From Macrostomum hystrix (taxonomy: Eukaryota; Animalia; Platyhelminthes), in the NCBI GenBank assembly GCA_950097015.1, contig CATNEN010000039.1:5332001-5396000 (forward strand): a stretch of DNA of 64,000 bases, given 5' to 3'. The notes under the pieces were generated by a model, which was given only the letters and a program-made list of their open reading frames with translations, ran no database searches and was not told the origin of the DNA. Positions within the stretch are counted from its first letter, which is position 1. Every line of letters begins with the position of its first letter. Below are positions 49,101 to 58,459 of this stretch, piece by piece. Made by a program: the position numbers and the translations under genes.

Positions 49101-52100
49101 AACTTTTCTCTACGTTGGAAATAAAGTGGGTAGTCAGGGGCGGTAATCTATGGGGTCAGGCGACCTGGCTTCCCACCCTGGGTCGATGAGATGACAATCA
49201 GTGGCCGGCCATTTTCAGTTGATGACAATGCTAAAAATCAATTTGAAACAAAACAAGTTGGAATTACTGTATCAGAGATATTCATTAACTTTTAGTATTT
49301 AAATATTGACTAATTTATTAATTGAATACACCTGCCGACAGCACAGCCGCAGCTATTGCGTGGCGCATACGCCACGAAGGCTGCGTACGGCTGTTCAGTC
49401 CATGGACTGGGGGACGCCACACCACCCTTAATTACCCCCCAGCCAATGCTGGTACCCATTTAACAGCTGGGTGAACTCAAGCAATGCAGAGTTAAGCGTC
49501 TTGCTAAAGGAACACAAATTGTTACAGTGGAGTCGGGAATCGAACCCCCGACCTTCAATTCGTGAGTCCGACGCTCTAATCACTAGGCTTCAGCCTCCAG
49601 GTAGAGGTAGAGATAATAGAAAATAATATGATGAAAATGCATTCTGAAAAGTGATACTTTGATGACACAACTAATTTCATGGTCATTCAATGTTCAGTCC
49701 CTGTACAGTCAATGTACTGCTGTTCAGTCCGTGGACCATTTTCCGGCTGTGTGAACTGAAGCATCGGGGAAACTTTTCTCTAATTGGGTTCAGATTCGAA
49801 CGATGGACCTCTCAAGAGTTTTCAAAGCTTGAAGCACCGGGCTGCAAGATTCCTTCAAAGTTTTGATGGCACTCGATGAAAAACTGATGTTCTTAGAAAC
49901 CACACTTTTGAAAGTGTGGCGTTTGAAAGGTCGACTATTGCTTCCTTCATCTTTCCTTACCAAACCTAATATTTTAGTCCAAAAGTAGAAAAAATAGAGA
50001 GACGATAAGAAAGACAAACAGAAGCAGAGACACCGCCTGATAGAAAGAAAACACCCTCTAGCCGTGACAAGTACCTCGGCTAGCGAGAAGCGCACGGCCT
50101 CGCAAATGAAATCGAAAGTTTTGCACGGGGATGGGTTGGCCGGCTCGGCTCTCAGCGGCTGCAGGATTGTCAGGTCGAAACCAATCGATGGGATTCGATA
50201 AGCTGCCAGCCAACTTTCAGCTCCGGAGTCTGCTGCTCAAGACGAGCTCCCGCCTAGTGTGCTAAACTAAAGAAATTTATGGCTCCCGTTGCTCAGAGTC
50301 TAACAGAATTATTCCCTATCTAGAACGACCACCGGGAATGACACTGCAGGAAGCCAATGAGTGGGGAGATGGTGGCTAAAATTGCGGCGGTGACACGGGA
50401 GAAGTTTAGCTCGTATTAACAGCATGAACTGTACTAAAACACCAATTATTGGTCTTGAACGAGAATCACATTGTCACAGGGCATTCGATAACTCAGCCAC
50501 CTCACTCCTCCGCCAACCTCACTCCTCCGACACGGCCAATCTCACTCCTCCACCCGCCTCACTCCTCTGCCCACCTCACTCCTCCGCCCAGCTCACTCCT
50601 CTGCCTACCTCACTCCTCCGCCAACCTCACACCTCCGACACGGCCAATCTCACTCCTCCGCCCAACTCACTTCTCCGCTTACCTCACTCCTCTGCCCACT
50701 TCACTCCTCCGCTTACCTCACTCCTCTGACCACCTCACTCCTCCGCCCACCTCACTCCTCCGCCCACCTTACTCCTCCGTAACCCTCACCTCACTCATCT
50801 GCTCCATCATGTATTCACTCAAAGTGTAAATAAGAAATAGAGGGGCTCTTACATGTCTCCAGCGTCATGAACTCAATGATGGGATTACTAGCATTGTCCT
50901 TTGAACTGGAGTTGGTCGTGACCGAGTCCACCTTCAGCTGGTATTTGGTGTGCGGCCTAAGGCTGCTGATCCTGGTGCGGACCCGGTCACCGGGACCCAA
51001 GCCAGGCACATTCTCAATCTGGATCCAATTGCGGCCAGCGATTGTGCGCGATGCCTCCTCCCGGTATGAGATGGTGTAGGTTAGCACTCCAGGAGTGACC
51101 GACTTCTTGAACTCAACTTCAACTGCGGTCGGAGTGTGCTTGATTACCTGGAATTGGTTTTGTTGTGGGAAGGTCCGCGAAAGTGTGCGTTAGGCTGAGG
51201 AGCGCTGTGGAGTGGGGCTGGAGTGAGGAGTGAATTTGGCGGAGGAGTGAGGTTGGCGGAGGAGTGAGGTGGATTAATTGAGTTAGGACCTGCAGGTCAC
51301 TGGGTGGCTCAGGCATCTTCTGCACTCTGACGGTCACTGTCCAGCTGATCCTGCCCATCTTGTTCTCGGCAATGCAGGTGTAGTTGTCGTCGGTGGTGAC
51401 GTCCGTCAGCATCAGGACGAAGCGGCCGACTGGCTGCTTCTCCGGACTGAGGTCTGTACCCTTGGAGTCGAACCAGTTGATTGTGGGCATCGGGGATCCC
51501 ACCGCGGTGCAGGTGAGGTTTGTTGAGCTACCCGATGGCACCTCCTGGCTGGCCGGCTTGATGGAGAAGTGCGGCCCGATGTCACGGACTGCAGGTGGGC
51601 GACGGGCGAACGGGAAACGAAGTGCTGGATATTGCTTCAAAGATTTCGAGTAAAACCAGGTGTAAGTTCACCGCACAAAGAGTCCTTCACCAACTATATT
51701 CATTCACCCACCTGAGCCATTCACCAACTATATTCATTCACCCACCTGAGTCATTCACCCTCCTGACCCATTCACCCTCCTGACCCATTCATCCACCTGA
51801 CCCATTCACACACCTGACCATTTCACACCTGACCCATTCACACACCTGAACCATTCCACACCTGACCCATTCACACACCTGAAACATTAACCCACCTGCC
51901 CCATTCACCCACCTGCCCCATTCACCCACCTGAGCAATTCACACAGCTGACCCATTCACCCACCTGAGCAATTCACACAGCTGACCCATTCACCGTCCCA
52001 TTGCATATTTTTTATGTAAGCGGTAAATATATTCATTAGTACACAGTAAAGTGTTTCTATTGGGATATAAAGATGTTGTTTGTTATAAAAAAAGAAGTTG

Positions 52101-55100
52101 CAAGTGTTAAAATAGTATATTCGATTATCTTTTATTATTCACTACTAGTAGTTTTAAAACCGAACAAAGAGTTTTTTGTGGGCAAGGTAACTGCAGCAAA
52201 TAAGTGTACAGGAGATGTTTCGGTTAGAAAGCTTATGTTAAGTATTTAGCAAATCTTATTCATACTTTAACTAAACTATTACAAACTAGTATTTGCTTGG
52301 CTTCTGATAACTCTTTCAGATTTTCTTTGTGCTCTGTTATTAAAGAAAATCAACGGCTTTTTGACTAATACGATTCTCTGCCAGTGGAACTCAAAGCCAA
52401 CTCATCAATATAAGTGCTCAACAGGGTTGACACTGATTGACAAAGAGTTTTAATTATTTTTCTTAAAACACAGTTGCCATGCTTAAGTATAGAGCAGAAA
52501 ATACTCGTAGTTTTAATTGATTACTTAAATCGATGGTATTGGGTTTAAAGCACATTACTGTTAGATTAATATTGTATTATTTCAACACTGCGAATTCATG
52601 TAATCCATACGGTTGCCAAAGGGTTTCTAAGGGGTTGCCAGTGGGATTTCTAATGGTTTGCCAAGATGGTTTCTGTGGGGTTGCCAAGGTGGTTTTTAAG
52701 TGGTTGCCAAGGTGGTATCTAAGTGGTTGCCAAGGTGTTTTCTAAGTCGTTGCCAATGAGTTATCAGAGAGGTTGCCAAGGTGGTATCTAAGTGGTTGCC
52801 AATGAGTTATCAGAGAGGTTGCCAAGGTGCTATCTAAGTGGTTGCCAAGGTGTTTTCTAAGAGGTTGCCAAGGTGCTATCTAAGTGGTTGCCAAGGTGTT
52901 TTCTAAGTCGTTGCCAATGAGTTATCAGAGAGGTTGCCAAGGTGGTTTCTAAGTGGTTGCCAGTGAGTTATCTGAGAGGTTGCCACGGTGGTTTCTAAGT
53001 GGTTGCCAATGAGTTATCAGAGAGGTTGCCAAGGTGGTTTCTAAGTGGTTGCCAATGAGTTATCAGAGAGGTTGCCAAGGTGGTTTCTAAGTGGTTGCCA
53101 GTGAGTTATCTGAGAGGTTGCCACGGTGGTTTCTAAGTGGTTGCCAAGGTGATATCTAAGAGGTTGCCAAGGTGGTATCTAAGTGGTTGCCAAGGTGATA
53201 TCTAAGAGGTTGCCAAGGTGGTATCTAAGAGGTTGCCAAGGTGATATCTAAGAGGTTGCCAAGGTGGTATCTAAGAGGTTGTCAAGGTGGTTTTACGATC
53301 TTTCTTGCTGAGAAATATGTACTCGTATGATAAAAAATAATTCATAAATCACAAGTTAAGAATCAATAAATATACTAATAAGCAATATAAATTTATGTAT
53401 ATAGCGCAGTAAACAAAAGTCTGGTTTAATTAGCTGGGAATAACTCCGACCATATTTAGTTTAGTTTCAAGGTCAAATAGTTGAGAACTAATGAATATAC
53501 GAGTATATATGCTCAAATGAAGCGTCGTTCACTATCTTGTGGCTCATGTCGATGGCACTTACACTTAGCTGCAAAAAAATTTTTAAAAACTTGCTGAATA
53601 AAAGAAGATTTACATATTGGCACTGATTTTTATGCATGTGATTCTCTTCAAAAACCTATCGGTGAAGCTGGTGAAAACAGCACGCTGATTGATCAACTGG
53701 GAACAAAAAACTAGCAAGTCAAGCAGGTGCAAAACATCTCAGCACAATTGTCATTATCTTCTTCTTTAAAAGAGGAAAGAGGCAGTTGAGCTATAAGCAA
53801 AATCTATGGGTTGCTATGACAGGTGATTGAGCATGATTTTTGAGAACGGTGCAACAGAAATTCAGGTGTTTAATGAAGACCTGGGGTGATTCCTTGTGAC
53901 ACATAATTCATAATTGATAAATCAATAAATCATGAAAGTTTCTTACTCAAGAACAGATCTGAAATTTGTTGTCGAGTATTTTTTTGCTCAGGAATAACTG
54001 TATTTTATCGATCATCAATCATTTCTTCGTTAAAAATAGTCTACAATATTTTTTTAAGAAGATAAAACACAGACATGAGGATAGAGGTGAGAATGGAGGT
54101 GAGAATATTGAGAATGGAGGTGAGAATATTGAGAATGGAGATGATAATGGAGGTGAGAATTTTGAGAATAGTGTTGAGAATATTGAGAATGGAGGTGAGA
54201 ATATAGAGAATGGAGGTGAGAATATTGAGAATGGAGGTGAGAATATTGAGAATGGAGGTGAGAATATTGAGAATGGAGGTGAGAATATTGAGAACGGGGG
54301 TGAGAATATTGAGAATGGAGGTGAGAATATTGAGAATTGTGTTGAGAATATTGAAAATGGAGGTGAGAATATTGAGAATGGAGGTGAGAATATTGAGAAT
54401 GGAGGTGAGAATATTGAGAATGGAGGTGAGAATATTGAGATTGGAGGTGAGATAATTGAGAATAGAGACGAGATATCGTATTTCCGATGCACAGGATTCG
54501 GATTCGAGAATTCAAGAAGCACTATGAGTCAAGAGCTGATTGATTAGCTGGCTGAGCACGACCTCACGATAGCAGGCGCGTGTCCTTAAAGCAGGTGTTT
54601 CTATAGGCTAAAAGAAAGTGTAAATAAGAGGTCAGAGACTCGTGCAGATGCTTGGGGTCGGGCATTGCAAACTATTTTCGTGAGTTGCGTAACTCAAAAG
54701 CCCCGGGAACCCGGGCATAGAGGACCGAAGGAAGATGAGAGATGAAGTCTTTGAGTAGAAGCAGTTTCTGTGAGTCGGAATCCTTCCTCAAATGGGATCC
54801 GGTGCAGACGCAGAGCAGGCTCCCAATTTAGCTCCTCTAACACTTTCTTTCCTAACTTAGCTACCGCGCCTGCGATGTCAGATCAGATTTCTCCCAAAAT
54901 CCCAAAGTCAGATTTCATTCCTACGGCTGAGCAGGAAGTTCAGCCTGGCCTGTGAGCACACTGGGACTTCTTTTAATCATTTTAACAACGGAAAGACACT
55001 TTGGCTGTCAATCTTTTAACTCGCTTCCGGGCCCACTCTAATGAGCGACCAGAATTGGCTCATCTCAATTGAAGCCTTTCTCGCAATTCCTCAATTTGTA

Positions 55101-58100
55101 CCTCGTAAGTCCATCCTGTGTAGTACACCCACTTGTCTACCAACGCGCAATGTGGTACCTTTTGTTATACTAGCTCCCTTTCCTCCCCTTCTTTACCACT
55201 CTCTCCCTCACTCTCTCCCTTAATCTCTCCCCTTCTCTCCCCTTCTCTCACCTTCTCTCCCCTTCCCTCCCCTTCTCTCCCCTTCTCTTACCTTCTCTCC
55301 CCTTCTCTTACCTTCTCTCCCTTTCTCTCACCTTCACTCCCCTTCTCTCCCCTTCTCTCCCCTTCTCTCCCCTTCTCTCCCCTTCTCTCCCCTTCTCTTA
55401 CCTTCTCTCCCTTCTCTCACCTTCTCTCCCCTTCTCTCCCCTTCTCTTACCTTCTCTCCCTTTCTCTCACCTTCTCTCCCCTTCTCTCCCCTTCTCTCCC
55501 CTTCTCTCCTTCTATCAACTACCCTCCCCTTCTCTCCCCTTCTCTCCCCTTCTCTCACCTTCTCTCCCCTTCCCTCCCCTTCTCTCCCCTTCTCTTACCT
55601 TCTCTCACCTTCTCTCCCCTTCTCTCCCCTTCTCTTCCCCTTCTCTCCCCTTCTCTCCCCTTCTCTCCCCTTCTCTCCCCTTCTCTCACCTTCTCTCCCC
55701 TTCTCTCCCCCTCTCTCCTTCTATCAACTACCCTCCCCTTCTCTCCCCTTCTCTCCCCTTCTCTCCCCCTCCCTCCCCTTCTCCCCCTTCTCTCCCCTTC
55801 TCTCTTTCTCTCCCCTTCTCTCCCCTTCTCTCTTTCTCTCCCCTTCTGTCTTTCTCTCCCCTTCTCTCACATTCCCTCCCCTTCTCTCCCCTTCTCTTAC
55901 CTTCTCTTCCCTTCTCTCCCTTCTCTCCCCTTCTCTCACCTTCTCTCCCCTTCTCTCCCCTTCCCCCTTCTCTCCCCTTCTCTTACCTTCTCTCCCCTTC
56001 TCTCCCCTTCTCTCCCCTTCTCTCCCCTTCTCTCTTTCTCTCCCCTTCTCTCTTTCTCTCCTCTTCTCTCTTTCTCTCCCCTTCTCTCCCCTTCTCTCAC
56101 CTTCTCTCACCTTCCCTCCCCTTCTCTCTTTCTCTCCCCTTCTGTCTTTCTCTCCCCTTCTCTCACATTCCCTCCCCTTCTCTCCCCTTCTCTTACCTTC
56201 TCTTCCCTTCTCTCCCTTCTCTCCCCTTCTCTCACCTTCTCTCCCCTTCTCTCCCCTTCCCCCTTCTCTCCCCTTCTCTTACCTTCTCTCCCCTTCTCTC
56301 CCCTTCTCTCCCCTTCTCTCCCCTTCTCTCTTTCTCTCCCCTTCTCTCTTTCTCTCCTCTTCTCTCTTTCTCTCCCCTTCTCTCCCCTTCTCTCACCTTC
56401 TCTCACCTTCCCTCCCCTTCTCTCTTTCTCTCCCCTTCTGTCTTTCTCTCCCCTTCTCTCACATTCCCTCCCGTTCTCTCCCCTTCTCTTACCTTCTCTT
56501 CCCTTCTCTCCCTTCTCTCCCCTTCTCTCACCTTCTCTCCCCTTCTCTCACCTTCCCTCCCCTTCTCTCCCCTTCTCTCCCCTTCTCTCCCCTTCTCTCC
56601 CCTTCTCTCCCCTTCTCTCCCCTTCTCTCTTTCTCTCCCCTTCTCTCTTTCTCTCCCCTTCTCTCTTTCTCTCCCCTTCTCTCTTTCTCTCCCCTTCTCT
56701 CTTTCTCTCACCTTCCCTCCCCTTCTCTCCCCTTCTCTCCCCTTCTCTCCCATAATCCCTCACTCAGCCCTACTCTCTTCCTTTTCTACCAAAAAGATAA
56801 GCTCTGTATCTTGGAGCGATTCTGCACAACAACTTTCAGTCTCGCATAACAGGCTAGATGGGGCGCAGTCTTGTTGCCATTAAACTGTGTGCGCCCTCTA
56901 CCTGTTAATCTCAGCCCTACTGTCGCAAGATCAATGTAATTTTATCCTGCAAACACCTTGAATTCGGACGGCCTATGGTGGTGCATTAATCCCCTGCATA
57001 TAAGCTCCGCCAGACATGGATCTATAATTTGCTAAGTAATTATGTTTGTTTTTAACGTCTTATTTTTGATTGCGTAAGACCCCAGTAACAAGACGAAGAG
57101 ACCAGACAGGCAGAGGGTGGCAACGTGAAAGAAAAATTCAATCCGACATAATCATAGCTTTGCTGCTCTCCCTGGGGGGTCGACTAACCATTGCAGTGGC
57201 ATATACTGCTTAGAATTCATATTGCGTACATAACCTTCTCGTGGATGGCAGCATTGTCACTGGACCTCCGCGGCTGCGGTTCGGGTGAAAAACTAGATAA
57301 GAAGGACCATGAAAGAGATAAGATTTTAGAGAATATTAGGAAAGTAACTGGGAATAATATCGAATTTATGAAGCTCGATAATCATATTATTTATTATATT
57401 TTCAGAGGGCTATAAAAAACGTTCGCATCGTTTTGGTGACACTAGACCCGCAGCCAGCGAGGAGGCAATTCTGCCCATTCCGCTGACTCCTGGGCACACA
57501 CGCACACAGGTGTGTACATCTGCCCAGACTTTCTCATCGTCAGGCAGTGTACACTTTCACAGTGTACACTTTTCAGGTTGGCCCTCAAGGGCGGAAATTG
57601 CACGACAAGCCCCAAAGCCTTCTCTCTGCGGCTGCGCCCCGAATGAATGTGGCCTCGCCGCAGAATCGAGCTCAGGGATCCTGGTGCGAGAGGCAGACGC
57701 GTTGACCGCTCTGCCACCGACCCCTAGAAACTAAATTTCAGCACAACAAAGGTTTCTTTCGATGCACATTTTCAGGTGTATAACTGACTTTTGAATCAAC
57801 CGACAATTGAGATTGAAAGAGAAATATCAAAATATATATAGACTTCTAGAATCTTGGATCATAGCCGCTTCTGAAACAAACATGTTTTTCTATTTCCAAA
57901 CTAATCAGATAATTTATCGGAACATAGAAAATGCTTAGAAATTATTCGCCGCAATTGTCATTCGATTTGCCGCATACTCCGCAGATCAAATTGGCATGCC
58001 AATTATAGTACCAATCATGCTTAACACGGTAAAAATGTCATGTCTTAAGTTTGAACTGAAAGGTTTCGGATTAATTGATTTTACCATTGTATCTCAACAG

Positions 58101-58452
58101 CCAGTCAAGAGTGTTAACAGCGCTCTCTGCAACACGGAACAACGAATTATATAGGAAACAAAATGCCAACACAGACATAACAAACCGACAAGTTTAGATG
58201 GTCTGCGCGAATCAAAAGCACAAAGCTTGGAAAGCAACAGGAATTGCCGATTGCGCAAAAAGTACTTTGGCGCTATTTCTAAGAAATTACTTTAGTTTTC
58301 TAAGAAAATATTATTGCAAAAATATGACCCAGACTCACTTCTAACGTAGAGATGCGCCGTCTCTGATAGGACAGTGCCGACTGAGTTTGTCACCGAGCAC
58401 TGGTACGATCCATCATCTTCTTGAACCACCTTCTTGATGATCAGCGAACCGT
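22082..58452 (-). CDS. Lar: LAR-family (type IIa) receptor protein tyrosine phosphatase; 5' exons lie beyond window end
   Basis: 18 exons joined in frame: 58452-58339 (Ig2b), 51588-51290 (Ig3), 51147-50853, 47646-47546, 47267-47069, 43184-42876, 42521-42222, 41062-40736, 36427-36107, 35779-35493, 35051-34411, 33729-33258 (9 FN3 plus juxtamembrane), 32415-32192 (TM), 31103-30739 ([13 protein letters not shown]), 29294-28774 and 25827-25480 (D1: [21 protein letters not shown]), 23719-23034 and 22286-22082 (D2: [19 protein letters not shown]; C-terminus [12 protein letters not shown]). Confidence 0.95.
22435..23019 (-). mobile_element. SINE family B interrupted by a family A insertion
   Basis: Head plus the first half of CORE at 23019-22907; the remainder at 22570-22435. 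Lies in the last LAR intron. Confidence 0.8.
22571..22906 (-). mobile_element. SINE family A, nested inside a family B SINE
   Basis: Reverse complement aligns by eye along the whole 16380 copy. Confidence 0.85.
23755..25470. repeat. 26-bp minisatellite (gaagaggtccagtttytagtgcyttt) filling a LAR intron
   Basis: Directly visible. Confidence 0.97.
25880..27760. repeat. 25-bp minisatellite (tctagagtttcccggattcttggaa)
   Basis: Directly visible. Confidence 0.97.
28440..28652. repeat. 28-29-bp minisatellite (cccttgcctaacaggtaataaaccttaa)
   Basis: Directly visible. Confidence 0.93.
29680..30592. repeat. 42-43-bp minisatellite (ctaaaacctagggccagcggactccactcttgaaggatttta)
   Basis: Directly visible. 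Confidence 0.96.
31104..31250 (-). mobile_element. Decayed SINE family A fragment abutting a LAR exon
   Basis: gactttctc-aggcagtgtacactctcactgt, cggctgcgcc and terminal gccctcctgcag (minus strand). Confidence 0.65.
31900..32180. repeat. 11-bp-based minisatellite (catgagtctac)
   Basis: Directly visible. Confidence 0.9.
32192..32415 (-). CDS. Lar: LAR transmembrane exon
   Basis: SFLAACL..YSPWSE followed by hydrophobic [33 protein letters not shown]. Confidence 0.88.
32495..33185. repeat. 15-bp minisatellite (ttttaggatgggata)
   Basis: Directly visible. Confidence 0.95.
33800..34365. repeat. 22-bp minisatellite (cacaaaccctgcccctcacacc)
   Basis: Directly visible. Confidence 0.96.
35110..35472. 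repeat. 18-bp minisatellite (caatgagctacatcctca)
   Basis: Directly visible. Confidence 0.96.
35862..36055 (+). mobile_element. SINE family A, 5'-truncated with (TTA)n tail
   Basis: Family A 3' half ending gccctcctgcag-ttattattatt. Confidence 0.8.
36428..36548 (-). CDS. Putative alternative first coding segment (signal peptide) of a short LAR isoform
   Basis: ATG at 36548 is in frame with the FN3-6 exon and encodes [21 protein letters not shown]... Confidence 0.6.
37225..37548. repeat. 40-bp minisatellite (atttagaagtccctgcttctccacctctgcgggtgctagc)
   Basis: About 8 copies. Confidence 0.95.
37910..38590. repeat. 20-bp pyrimidine-rich minisatellite (cctaccccattctacccttt)
   Basis: Directly visible. 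Confidence 0.93.
39104..39285. repeat. 18-bp purine-rich minisatellite (gagaggcagagatgaagg)
   Basis: Directly visible. Confidence 0.95.
39988..40640. repeat. 19-bp minisatellite (ctagattctcccatgatcc)
   Basis: Directly visible; a satellite copy lies at 41997-42073. Confidence 0.95.
41150..41405. repeat. 16-17-bp minisatellite (cctcactcctccgcccr)
   Basis: Directly visible; same family as 50498-50795. Confidence 0.9.
41775..42103. repeat. Compound array: 4 x 54 bp, then 4 x 19-mer, then (tttaaga)4
   Basis: Directly visible. Confidence 0.9.
42222..42521 (-). CDS. Lar: LAR exon, complete FN3 domain 4 (not in ORF track)
   Basis: 300-nt phase 1-1 exon: [61 protein letters not shown]. Confidence 0.85.
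47280..47510. repeat. 21-bp minisatellite (ggagatggtagggttgagatt) filling a short LAR intron
   Basis: Directly visible. Confidence 0.9.
48768..48900. repeat. 13-bp minisatellite (gtgagwgtcagat)
   Basis: Directly visible. Confidence 0.85.
49325..49597 (-). mobile_element. tRNA-derived CORE-like SINE family B, full length
   Basis: Minus strand: A/B boxes (agcctagtgattagagcg..ggttcgattccc), then tgtgttcctttagcaagacgcttaactctgc..cacccagctgttaaatgggtacc, which resembles the CORE domain. The tail carries the palindrome cagtccatggactg. Confidence 0.85.
50498..50795. repeat. 17-bp minisatellite (cctcactcctccgccca)
   Basis: Directly visible. Confidence 0.9.
51700..51993. repeat. 17-bp minisatellite (cacccacctgacccatt)
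   Basis: Directly visible. Confidence 0.9.
52610..53295. repeat. 23-bp minisatellite (ggttgccaaggtggtatctaagt)
   Basis: Directly visible. Confidence 0.94.
54085..54463. repeat. 21-bp minisatellite (gagaatggaggtgagaatatt)
   Basis: Directly visible. Confidence 0.95.
55190..56752. repeat. Polypyrimidine array, 10-bp core (ccccttctct), with about 300-bp higher-order duplications
   Basis: Directly visible; repeated identical ORF translations about 296 nt apart reveal the higher-order unit. Confidence 0.95.
57432..57724 (-). mobile_element. SINE family A, 3'-truncated
   Basis: tRNA-like head ggggtcggtggcagagcggtcaacgcg and the family A body. Confidence 0.85.
58339..58452 (-). CDS. Lar: LAR exon, second half of Ig2 (not in ORF track)
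   Basis: ctccag|ACGGT...AGAA|gtgagt; translates as [37 protein letters not shown] (I-set DxGxYxC motif). Confidence 0.9.
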
Positions 58453-58459
58453 CTGGAGG

